From a virus (lineage: Duplodnaviria > Caudoviricetes), in IMG/VR virus record IMGVR_UViG_2825118518_000002, positions 32,001-96,000 of that record: a DNA stretch of 64,000 nucleotides. The stretch is one strand, 5' to 3'. Position numbers and translations under genes: made by a program. Positions 9,900-18,814 of the stretch are shown here, one piece after another (the first letter of the stretch is position 1; the number at the start of each line of letters is the position of its first letter). The notes under the pieces are model-generated. The model saw nothing but the letters and a program-made list of their open reading frames with translations. It was not told the origin of the DNA and searched no databases.

Positions 9900-10358
9900 A
9901 TGCCGCATGTCCGTACGCAGCTCAGGAACGCCGTTAAAACCCGGCTCTCTACCGTGCCCTCAATCAAGAGCGCGCAGAACGCCAGCCGTTTCCTTCGCAA
10001 GTTTCAGGACGACAACCTTCCCATCGCTCTTGTCGGCGTTTCGGAAACCGTCACGCAGGCTGCCGGCAGCATGATCGGCCAGCAGCCGCAGACCAGGTCA
10101 TACACTATCCATGTCAGGCTCGGCGTACACGGAGACGATGATGTCGAAGATCGTCTCGAACAGATCGCGGTCGATGTCGAGAAAGCGCTTCTGTTTCCGG
10201 TGACCGGGATCGGAAAGATCTCGAACTGGAAATATGCGGGAGCCGAAGACCTCGCCCCTGCCGAGATCGAGTGCGGCATCCTGTGCTCGCAGCTGCTCAC
10301 CTACACCGCGGACATCTGGACGCTCGACGCCGAGCCCGACCGCAATCTTCACGCCTAA
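9900..10358 (+). CDS. Tail terminator protein, gpU-like
   Basis: MPHVRTQLRNAV N-terminus, 152 aa, precedes tail tube. Confidence 0.7.
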   Translation: MPHVRTQLRNAVKTRLSTVPSIKSAQNASRFLRKFQDDNLPIALVGVSETVTQAAGSMIGQQPQTRSYTIHVRLGVHGDDDVEDRLEQIAVDVEKALLFPVTGIGKISNWKYAGAEDLAPAEIECGILCSQLLTYTADIWTLDAEPDRNLHA

Positions 10359-10375
10359 TTCTTTGGGAGAACAAA

Positions 10376-11170
10376 ATGGCAACTTACCCCATCAGACAAC
10401 TTACCTCTATGCAGCGCCTCATGGGTGGTGCCGGACTTGTTCGCGCGCATGGCGACCAGAAGTGGACGAAAACAGGTCCGATCGAGACTGTAAACCTCAC
10501 TCCGAATATCACCGTGCAGCCTGTCTACAGCAACGAATGGGGCGACAGGCGCCTCCTGCGGAACATGACCACCACAAAGGAAGCCACACTTGAGCTGACC
10601 GGAATCCAGATGTGGACGGAATGGCTGTACGAGGCGTTGTTCATGTCGAACCACAAGTACAAGACACAGGCCGCTGTCGTGACGGCTACGCTGGAAGTCG
10701 AGGATGTCGCGGCCGGGACTGTTGTTACGTTGCCTGGAATCAACGGCACGATCACTGCGATCGACGATGGTGCTTCCGGCGATCCGGTTGAATACACCGA
10801 AAACGTCGACTTTATCTTCCATCCATCAACGGGAACGATCGAATTCCTAAAGGTCCCCGCGGGCGCAGCCGCTGATGCCACAGTTCGTTATTCGCTGCCG
10901 GCCGTCACCGAAACTGCAGGACTCCTTGATCTCGAGATCATGGAGAACAGCGGATGGCGCGGTGAGTTCATCTACATCGGCGTGACAAAGGACGGAAACG
11001 GCACGGAAGTCAAAATGCACCTCCCGGATGTCGAGTTCCGCCCCAACGGCGCCATTGCAACTGGTGACACTGCGAACCCGAACGTCGGTGGTCTGACGGG
11101 ATCGGTCTATTCCACGCCCGACCACGGCTACGGCACCATCCAAGGCCTCGCTAAGATCGTGAACGCCTAA
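10376..11170 (+). CDS. Major tail tube protein
   Basis: RBS GGAG, 264 aa, position before tail chaperones and TMP. Confidence 0.75.
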   Translation: MATYPIRQLTSMQRLMGGAGLVRAHGDQKWTKTGPIETVNLTPNITVQPVYSNEWGDRRLLRNMTTTKEATLELTGIQMWTEWLYEALFMSNHKYKTQAAVVTATLEVEDVAAGTVVTLPGINGTITAIDDGASGDPVEYTENVDFIFHPSTGTIEFLKVPAGAAADATVRYSLPAVTETAGLLDLEIMENSGWRGEFIYIGVTKDGNGTEVKMHLPDVEFRPNGAIATGDTANPNVGGLTGSVYSTPDHGYGTIQGLAKIVNA

Positions 11171-11177
11171 TCCTTCG

Positions 11178-11199
11178 GGAGCCGGAGATCTCCGGCTCC
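11178..11199. terminator. Perfect palindromic hairpin after tail tube gene
   Basis: GGAGCCGGAGATCTCCGGCTCC is its own reverse complement. Confidence 0.55.
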
Positions 11200-11230
11200 T
11201 TCCCCCACGCATGCAATCAAGGAGGAACGC

Positions 11231-11794
11231 ATGTCCAATCCCGAATTTTCAGTCCGCGATCTGCTCGCGTCCGTTCAGCATCGTTATGAGGCCGTCGAAA
11301 TCGTTCCCGGCGCGTCTGCAGAGCTCCGTGCCCCGACGATTTCCGAAATCTGCGCCATTGTGGCCGATCACGAAGATCTGCTCCGTCTGTTTGACGGTCT
11401 GCCTCCGGCGGAAAGCCAAGATCGCGCCGTTCGCGACCAGCATATTGTCGTCAATCTCTTCCGCCGCACGCCGCTCGCTCTTGCAGCCCTCGGTGCCTGC
11501 TCGTTGGGCAAGCCCAACGACCGCGAAACGATCGACGGCATCCTCGGCGCTCCGGATGACTTCCAATTGAACCTCGCCGTCCTCGCATATTCGATGATGA
11601 TCAGGGAATACGAGGGCGTTCAGGGCCTTTTTACTCGGGTCCTGGCGCGAATGGGCGAGCTGGGACTGAAATCGCTGCAGACGCTTATCTTAACGATCTT
11701 GGACTCGACATTGCCGACGGCCCCGTCGATCAGCCTGCCCCTGTCGAAGCCGAAAAGCCAGAAGACGAAGGCATCTGGACGGAAAGCGGCCTGA
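11231..11794 (+). CDS. Tail assembly chaperone gpG
   Basis: RBS AGGAGG; between tail tube and TMP. Confidence 0.75.
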   Translation: MSNPEFSVRDLLASVQHRYEAVEIVPGASAELRAPTISEICAIVADHEDLLRLFDGLPPAESQDRAVRDQHIVVNLFRRTPLALAALGACSLGKPNDRETIDGILGAPDDFQLNLAVLAYSMMIREYEGVQGLFTRVLARMGELGLKSLQTLILTILDSTLPTAPSISLPLSKPKSQKTKASGRKAA

Positions 11795-12009
11795 GACTGG
11801 ACGGAGTTTTCGTCCATATCCTGAAGCTGGCGCTCGAATACGAGATCCGCACCGGGCGTAGCGGTCTCGATTTCACCGTCGGCCAGCTTCTCGCCCGTGT
11901 CGGCACGATGAAGGAGATGGATAAGGCGAAAACCATCGACACCGCGCGATCAGTGGCCGTGGGGATGTCCGGAGAAGAGAAGGCGTGGAAGACGCTGACA
12001 GATAAGTGA
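11629..12009 (+). CDS. gpT part of gpGT, reached by -1 frameshift
   Basis: -1 frame open 11560-12009 with no early ATG, encodes ...LDFTVGQLLARVG...TDK*; not in ORF track. Confidence 0.7.
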   Translation, partial: FYSGPGANGRAGTEIAADAYLNDLGLDIADGPVDQPAPVEAEKPEDEGIWTESGLRLDGVFVHILKLALEYEIRTGRSGLDFTVGQLLARVGTMKEMDKAKTIDTARSVAVGMSGEEKAWKTLTDK

Positions 12010-12012
12010 GTA

Positions 12013-14622
12013 GTGATGACCACAACGCCGGAAATCAAAACGAAATTCACACTCGAGGGGCTTGAGAACGCCACCGCGAGATTGCGTTCGTTCGGTCGAT
12101 CTTTCGGTCTTGTGATGCTTGGCGTCCACAAGGATACGACAGCGTTTAAGAACCCGTTCAAAGGTCTCGACCTGTCCTTGCGGAATATTGAGAACCACGC
12201 ACGGGCGAAAGAGGTCGCGAAGGTTGGAGCAAAGGCGGCTTTCACTGGTATCAAAATCGGAGCACTCGGCGCGGCGGTCTCGGTCGGCGCTCTAGCACTG
12301 AAGTTCGCGGCCCTTTCCAAGGTAGCCGTAGACTCAGCAAAGGAGACGGCTGCCAGCCTCAAGCAAATTGGCCTTGATGCGGACAAGATTGGCGCATCCC
12401 CGCAGGATGTGAACGTCCTCGGTTTCGCAGGCGAGCGCAGCGGCGTCGATCGCGACGAGATTATCAACCAAATCTCCACGATCTCCAACGAATTCTTGAC
12501 CGTTCGTGACAACATCGGGAAGGCTAACTCTGCCTACCAGAGTTTCCTTGGCATGCAAGCCAAGCAGGCCGCACTCGGCGCTCGTGTCGGCGGCGCGGCT
12601 GGATTTGGATCTGTACTTTCGGGTTTCTCGGAAGCCGACCTCCAGGCTCGAACGCAGTCGATCACGGCAATCGAGGCTCGCCTTCAGCAGATCGACGAAT
12701 ACCAAAACCGCATCTCGGTCGAGCGCCCTCACTACGGCGGGATCGACCCAGACACGCTCTCTCAAGCCGGAAATCTGGCACTCGATAGAGAGCGCCAGCA
12801 GCTCCTTGCCGCCCAGTCCCAGTACAAGCAAGGGCTTTCGCCTCAGGGTCAGGCGCTTACCGAACTCCAAGGCTTCGGGATCGATTTCGACCGCGCGTCC
12901 AAGGGTGGCGTGGACGGTCTTGTTGCGATTAGTGAGGCTTTCCAAAGGATTCAGGATCCCGCGCAGAAAGCCCGAGTTGCTATGCGTCTCTTCGGCGAAG
13001 ATGCCGGAACGAAAATGATCCCGCTGTTGAACGGCGGCAAGAAAGCGATCGACGAATACCGTGAGACGTTGAAGCGGCTCGGCGGAGAAGTCACGGCCGA
13101 AGACGTTGAGAAAGCAAAGGCCTATGAGAACGCTGTGCAAGATATGCAGACGGCGATTGGTGGGATTCGACTCGAAATCGCTCGGAATCTTCTGCCATAC
13201 CTCACAGAAACCTCGGTACAGCTCACGAACTGGTTTGTGAAAAGTCGTGTAGCGATTGCGAAATACGCTACTGGGGCGTTTCTTGATCTTAGGCAGTTCA
13301 CGACAGACATCATCAGCATCATTGGCGGCGACACGGACGATATCAAAACGAAATGGCTCGATTCCCTCGTCAAAAAGTCTGCCGAGCTGGTGCCGTTGTG
13401 GAACGCGATTAAGGCGACCTGGTCTGATGCCATCAAGCAGGTCTCATTGCTGTGGAACGGCAAGGATGCCGACTACGCTTGGCTCAATACGCTTCGAGAC
13501 GGCGCCATCAGCGTTAAGAACGTCATTATGGACGTATGGGCGCAGATCGTACACCTCGTGAAAGGCGAAAACACCGACTATGCGTGGCTCAACAAACTGC
13601 GTGACGGAGTGGTGTGGTTCTCTTCGCACCTCGCCGACGCCTTCGCGCTCTTTCGGAAGACGATGTCCACAATCGCAGACGTCGTGAATCCGATTCTGAA
13701 GATCTTCCACACAGATTTAACCACGACGCTGCTGTTCGTCGGAATGCTCCGGTTCTCTGGACTTCTCGGGAAAGTGGCCCTCTCGCTCGTTGGCTTAAAA
13801 AGATGGGCTCTCGGTTCGTCGGTAGCAACTGAAACCACCGCGGCATCCGTGGCAGGCGGTGCCGCCGCCGAGGCTGCTACTGTCCAGTCATCCGCCGCTA
13901 TTGCTGCGGCAGCTACGGAAGCGAAAGTGGCATCCAGGGCGGCGACCGAAGGCGTCAAGGGTATTGGCACCGCTGCGACCGGAGCAGTCCCGAAGATCCG
14001 GTCGCTTGGCTCCTCCTTCGCCGCAGTTGGCAAGACTGCGGCTGGATCCCTCGCGAATGCTGCTAAGGCCGTTCTCGGATCCGTCGGCGGAATCAAGCTC
14101 GGCGTCGACGGCATCCTCAACGCCCTGCTCCTCCTGCCTGTCGTAGCAACGACGACATATACCCTCGGCCAGCAGTTCGCGGCTTGGATGCTGAAAGACG
14201 TTGAAGCCGCGACGGACAAGGTGATCTCGGCGCAGGCAAGGCTTATGGCTGTGCAGGGGAACAATGCACTGTATGAGCGTCTTGGCATGCGCGACGACAG
14301 CGTCAGGACCAAGGGAGCACAAAAGCTCGTTTATGGCGACCAGATGGGCATTCAGGCTCCCGATCCGACGTATTACATGACCGCGGCTCAAAAGGCTCAG
14401 TATTCCAAGGAACTCATGAATGGGTTCATGGGCTGGGACAAGAACTACGACGGGGGCGACCTCGGTGCGCTCGCACGCGAGTCCGAGGCTCGTCGTGGTG
14501 CTGTCTCGAAGCGCGTTGCCGTCGATATCAACGTCAACGGTCGCCCGACGACGCTCTACGGAGACGATGTGTCTTCGACGCAGCTCACACGCGACCTAGA
14601 GTACGCAAATAGGAGCTACTGA
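12013..14622 (+). CDS. Tape measure protein
   Basis: 869 aa, Ala-rich helical, KARVAMRLFGEDAG...MIPLLNGG motif, W-spaced repeats. Confidence 0.9.
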   Translation: MMTTTPEIKTKFTLEGLENATARLRSFGRSFGLVMLGVHKDTTAFKNPFKGLDLSLRNIENHARAKEVAKVGAKAAFTGIKIGALGAAVSVGALALKFAALSKVAVDSAKETAASLKQIGLDADKIGASPQDVNVLGFAGERSGVDRDEIINQISTISNEFLTVRDNIGKANSAYQSFLGMQAKQAALGARVGGAAGFGSVLSGFSEADLQARTQSITAIEARLQQIDEYQNRISVERPHYGGIDPDTLSQAGNLALDRERQQLLAAQSQYKQGLSPQGQALTELQGFGIDFDRASKGGVDGLVAISEAFQRIQDPAQKARVAMRLFGEDAGTKMIPLLNGGKKAIDEYRETLKRLGGEVTAEDVEKAKAYENAVQDMQTAIGGIRLEIARNLLPYLTETSVQLTNWFVKSRVAIAKYATGAFLDLRQFTTDIISIIGGDTDDIKTKWLDSLVKKSAELVPLWNAIKATWSDAIKQVSLLWNGKDADYAWLNTLRDGAISVKNVIMDVWAQIVHLVKGENTDYAWLNKLRDGVVWFSSHLADAFALFRKTMSTIADVVNPILKIFHTDLTTTLLFVGMLRFSGLLGKVALSLVGLKRWALGSSVATETTAASVAGGAAAEAATVQSSAAIAAAATEAKVASRAATEGVKGIGTAATGAVPKIRSLGSSFAAVGKTAAGSLANAAKAVLGSVGGIKLGVDGILNALLLLPVVATTTYTLGQQFAAWMLKDVEAATDKVISAQARLMAVQGNNALYERLGMRDDSVRTKGAQKLVYGDQMGIQAPDPTYYMTAAQKAQYSKELMNGFMGWDKNYDGGDLGALARESEARRGAVSKRVAVDINVNGRPTTLYGDDVSSTQLTRDLEYANRSY

Positions 14623-15158
14623 TGGCTGAGTTCGAAGGACACACCAAACTTCTCTGCCCGGCGCTCGGGATCGGATGGCAGACGGCGTTCAATCTCAGCG
14701 TCGAGATGCAGCCGATTTCCGGATCCGCGATCATGACCCGAGATTGGAACGGTAAGATGGTCAACCTCGCCGATCCGATGTTCCGTCTCTACGCCATCCG
14801 GATCTCATCTGGTGCCGACGACCTTCGTCCGCCAGCGCTGGCTGGGATGTGGCCGGGGGAGGTTTTCACCGTGGTCCCTCCTTCCGAACTCTGCGTCGTC
14901 ATCCCGGTCGGTAGCTCGACAGCCATTTTCCCGAGGCAGATTCATACCGCCCGCGCCATCACTCTCGGGTTCGACCATGTAGCGATGACGTTCGCCGACA
15001 AGACGGCTACGCTCTCGGCTCCGGCGACAGAGGTCGTGCGCGTCTATGCCACGATGGAGCACGAAGTCATGGTCATCGAGCCTTGGCAACAGACCTTCCG
15101 TGAAGCGGAAGCCCAGTATTCGTGGCAGATCTCCACCGAAGAAGTCGGAGGATTCTGA
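14622..15158 (+). CDS. Distal tail protein (Dit-like)
   Basis: 178 aa directly after TMP. Confidence 0.6.
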   Translation: MAEFEGHTKLLCPALGIGWQTAFNLSVEMQPISGSAIMTRDWNGKMVNLADPMFRLYAIRISSGADDLRPPALAGMWPGEVFTVVPPSELCVVIPVGSSTAIFPRQIHTARAITLGFDHVAMTFADKTATLSAPATEVVRVYATMEHEVMVIEPWQQTFREAEAQYSWQISTEEVGGF

Positions 15159-17023
15159 TGCTCCGACTCCAATTCATCGAGAGCTACAGCGCTCCGTTCG
15201 CACCGTCTGGAGCAGACGGTGATGCTTTCGTCGTGCTGTCGGGGTCGATCCTTGAGCAGCGAAACGGCCGCAAAGTGGAGCCTATCTTCCGCGTCACAAT
15301 TCAGAATCCTGGAATTGTCGGCTGGATGCCGGCAGCTCTGAGATACGCGATCTTGTGGGAGCAGCGCACCGAAGACGTGGCGCCCGTTCTCCTTGCTCGC
15401 GGGAGGCTCGTGCCCCTGCCGACAGGCATGGCCGGAGCCACGATCGAACTAACATTCCGCTGCCTGCCGCCGTCCAGCGACGATGTCGTCAAGTCCGCCG
15501 CCAATCTACTGCGGATTTCCGAGGCCTTTGACTACGATCCCGACGCCGAACTCGTCGATCGACTTGACGCCGAATATTACGATCCGCTTTTCTTCGGTGC
15601 TGCCGCCGATGACGACTACGAAGGCGTCCTTGTTGCCCGGCCGGAAATCTGGCGCTGGGATCGCCAGACGCTTGAAGTCAGCCGTACGCATATCGTCGAC
15701 AGCGATGTCATTCACGACATCGGTTTTAACGGCGTCGGCGATCCTCCTGCCCTGAGCGTCACGAACCCGCCGAAGCCGATTTCTCGCATCCGCCTGTCGG
15801 CTGCATGGACACAGACAGCTAAAGGCCGCCAGACAGTTTCAGAAAATAGCAGTGTGACCACGTTTACGTGGGAAGACTTCCAGAACACGTTCCCGCAGCC
15901 GGGCACATCCATCGGATCCAACACCGGATGGACTGTCGGCGAGTCCGAGATCGTCGACGTATCGGATTCGACTCCCGTGTCACTGACGATTTCCGGCTCG
16001 AAGTTCGGATCGGCATCGGGCGGCACGGTCAAGCTGCTTCCGAAATACATTGAATTCCGTATCGCCGCCGCGTTCGACTATCAGCAGCAACGCGAGGAGA
16101 TGCTGGAGATCCTCATGCCTTCCGGACTCCAGGAGCTTCCAGAAGAAGATGATCAAACGGAAACCATGGAGCAGCCAACCCTGCAGGCGCTCAATGTCGA
16201 TCCCTCGACGCCGGAGTGGCAGTATGAGGATCCCGATACGCTCGAGCGTATGCATTATGATGTCGGTTATGAAGTCCTCGCGAACGGATCGGCATGGTCG
16301 TGCGTGACCGAGCACGATGCCACCGAAGATTTCACAGTCCGCGAGATCGATGATGGCCCGGTTCTATGGGAACGCCGCGAGAAGCGCGCACCGATGAAGG
16401 ACTCAAAGTCAGCCAGATATTTCGACCTACCTCGCGGCGTTCGTTCCGTTCGCCACGCAGTCCTGCGCCTTTATCGATCCGTACTCGAACGCAGCCAATG
16501 TGCCGAGACGACATTCGAAGTGCCGTGGATGGTCGGCCGCTCTATCACGACCGCGGACTCCTGTCGGATCGCGCACCGTCGTCTCCCGGGTGGGGAGGTG
16601 ACAGGCAAGGTCACCAGTGTCGAGCTGGTCATGGAACAGGGCGGCAGACGGTCGGCTAAGATCTCCATCGTCAGCGTACCCGGGACCGGTACGATTGTAC
16701 CCGCGCCCGGCGAGGGCCAATTCCAGACCGGAGATGTGGTCTACTCGACTAGCTACCGAGGCGTCACTGAACCAGTGAACGCCGCAGCTCTCGCCGCGCA
16801 GTCGCCGAGGATCTTCGAATTCGAGAACATCTGGTCCGAGCAGGCGTCCGCGGCTAACGGCTCCTCGGATCCTGTTGCTGTAATCGGAGCGAACCCGACA
16901 CGGTTGCGGATTGCCTTCAACCCACTGCGCGAAGAAGACACCCTGCGTCGTCGGATGACGGTTACATGCCTTCCGCCGTCGCTGCCGAAGCAGCTAAATC
17001 TGCGTCCGGACATAGGAGCCTGA
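15158..17023 (+). CDS. Tail tip/hub protein
   Basis: ~621 aa beta-rich, TGATG-coupled to Dit-like gene. Confidence 0.65.
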   Translation: MLRLQFIESYSAPFAPSGADGDAFVVLSGSILEQRNGRKVEPIFRVTIQNPGIVGWMPAALRYAILWEQRTEDVAPVLLARGRLVPLPTGMAGATIELTFRCLPPSSDDVVKSAANLLRISEAFDYDPDAELVDRLDAEYYDPLFFGAAADDDYEGVLVARPEIWRWDRQTLEVSRTHIVDSDVIHDIGFNGVGDPPALSVTNPPKPISRIRLSAAWTQTAKGRQTVSENSSVTTFTWEDFQNTFPQPGTSIGSNTGWTVGESEIVDVSDSTPVSLTISGSKFGSASGGTVKLLPKYIEFRIAAAFDYQQQREEMLEILMPSGLQELPEEDDQTETMEQPTLQALNVDPSTPEWQYEDPDTLERMHYDVGYEVLANGSAWSCVTEHDATEDFTVREIDDGPVLWERREKRAPMKDSKSARYFDLPRGVRSVRHAVLRLYRSVLERSQCAETTFEVPWMVGRSITTADSCRIAHRRLPGGEVTGKVTSVELVMEQGGRRSAKISIVSVPGTGTIVPAPGEGQFQTGDVVYSTSYRGVTEPVNAAALAAQSPRIFEFENIWSEQASAANGSSDPVAVIGANPTRLRIAFNPLREEDTLRRRMTVTCLPPSLPKQLNLRPDIGA

Positions 17024-17024
17024 C

Positions 17025-17234
17025 ATGTCCCAAAGAACGAACCTCGCGATGAGTGCCTTTGTCGTCAGACGCATCCGTTCCGAAGTCGATGGTCGGCCGA
17101 AGACTGTGACCTATGATGTCATGCCACGATGGGATGTGACCAGCGAGACAGGACTTGTCATCGGTAGTGAGGGTGCGGTGGACGCCTCGTCGTGTATGAT
17201 CTCAACCAGCATCCCGTTCACGCCGCCTACGTGA
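17025..17234 (+). CDS. Small tail-associated hypothetical protein
   Basis: RBS AGGAG, 69 aa, last co-oriented tail gene. Confidence 0.55.
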   Translation: MSQRTNLAMSAFVVRRIRSEVDGRPKTVTYDVMPRWDVTSETGLVIGSEGAVDASSCMISTSIPFTPPT

Positions 17235-17982
17235 TGCGCCTGATTTCCTCGCGGTGATCGCCCCACTTCCAATCTGGCAACTCCCATCGAGGAACATCGA
17301 GCATTACACCCGCCAGCGCTTCTTCCATCTCCATGGCCTTGTGAAACTGCGCTCGTCCAAAGTGCAGCGGCAGCCGTTCCTCTGGATATTCATCCTTCGA
17401 GTCTAGGATAATTCGGAAGGGCATGATCTCCTGAAGATCAGCTAGGAAACGGCCATGCTCCTTGTAGTAACCCGTGTTCGCACTCGCGATCGCCTTAGTC
17501 AGCCTTCCAGACACAGGTTCGTATGAGATGATCCAGCAAACCTTCACGCCGGACCGAACGTAACGATCACTTCTGCTGAGGAAGTCCCGTAGATGCTGGC
17601 TCGATAATTGGATTTCGAATGCGACGCGCCGTCCATCGTGAGTCTCCGTCAGGACATCCGCGACCCATTCCTCGCCGTCTGGCGAAACTCCGGGGACCTC
17701 GATGTTCGCTTTAAAGCCCATAGATCGCAGCGACTTGACGACGTCGATCTTCAGGCGGGTGTGCGCGTAGCTCTCCGGCTTTGGAAGAGCGCCAGTGTAT
17801 CCTGGATAGTGTGCGAAAAACCTCAACCCCTTGATCGAGGTCTTCGCAGTCGCAGGCCACTTCGTCCGGGGCATCGTTATGCTGCCTTTGGGCAGTTGGC
17901 AGAGCGCATCCCAGACGGAATCCGTTACCGAAAAAGCCTCAAGCTCTTCTCCGGTTGCGGTTAGGTATGCGATCTGCCCCAT
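17227..17982 (-). CDS. CoiA-like PD-(D/E)XK nuclease
   Basis: FFAH, ESYAHTRLK, WVADV, AFEIQLS motifs. Confidence 0.8.
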   Translation of the reverse strand: MGQIAYLTATGEELEAFSVTDSVWDALCQLPKGSITMPRTKWPATAKTSIKGLRFFAHYPGYTGALPKPESYAHTRLKIDVVKSLRSMGFKANIEVPGVSPDGEEWVADVLTETHDGRRVAFEIQLSSQHLRDFLSRSDRYVRSGVKVCWIISYEPVSGRLTKAIASANTGYYKEHGRFLADLQEIMPFRIILDSKDEYPEERLPLHFGRAQFHKAMEMEEALAGVMLDVPRWELPDWKWGDHREEIRRIT

Positions 17983-17991
17983 TCGTGATCC

Positions 17992-18306
17992 TTAGATTGT
18001 GATCTCTGCTTCATACTGCCCGCTCGGCAGCTTTCGATATACTACCCGGCCGCCCTTATTGCCTATCTTGACCAGCTCTCGCCCCCATACGTCTCCGTAG
18101 CGGAGAGCCAGTGCGATATCCCGAGGGTTCGTCGGAGGGGTTAGTGGCAGCTCGAATCCGGTCGTCAGATTGGGGGCGATGTCCGGCCATTGCTCGGTTT
18201 CCGAGGTCATCTGAATGTCCGAGGCATCGATGACCAAAGTATATGTGCCGCCATTGGCCAGGATGTTGTCGATTCCTGCTCGATCAGCAGCGGTGAGAGC
18301 CACCAT
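17992..18306 (-). CDS. Hypothetical 104 aa protein
   Basis: RBS GAGGA, operon with CoiA-like gene. Confidence 0.7.
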   Translation of the reverse strand: MVALTAADRAGIDNILANGGTYTLVIDASDIQMTSETEQWPDIAPNLTTGFELPLTPPTNPRDIALALRYGDVWGRELVKIGNKGGRVVYRKLPSGQYEAEITI

Positions 18307-18388
18307 TTTTCATCGTCCTCCTCGAATCTTGCACGGTAGTCGGTTCCACTCACTGGAGATCACATTCCAGAACCGAGTACAACCGACA

Positions 18389-18673
18389 ATGAGCGATACA
18401 CTTCCGTCCGGTGAGATCCTTGAGTTGATCAAGGGACAGGCCCGGCTCGAGACCAAACTCGACCAGTTTTTCTCGAGCCAGACGGCCATGAAGAGCGAGA
18501 TCGACACCCTGAAGGTCGATATCGGCGCCGTGAAAGCCGATATCGCCGAGATCAAAGTCCAGCGCCGGATCACCAAGGGCTATATTTCGTTCATTGTCGC
18601 CGGCGTCTCGCTGGTTGCGGGTGTCGTCGGCCAGTTTATCGATCCCCTCATGAAAAAATTGTTCGGCGTATAA
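18389..18673 (+). CDS. Coiled-coil protein with C-terminal TM helix (lysis-associated type)
   Basis: Heptad repeat then hydrophobic YISFIVAGVSLVAGVV. Confidence 0.7.
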   Translation: MSDTLPSGEILELIKGQARLETKLDQFFSSQTAMKSEIDTLKVDIGAVKADIAEIKVQRRITKGYISFIVAGVSLVAGVVGQFIDPLMKKLFGV

Positions 18674-18814
18674 TCGTTGGGCGGCCCAATGTCGTCAACC
18701 GGATTGCCGATACGCTCGCAAAAACAAAGCGTTGACGACTTGCGGCGGAGTCCGCCGACGCAAACCATCTTTTCAGACCTGCTCAAAGAAGCGGGCTATT
18801 GAAAGGATACCGAA

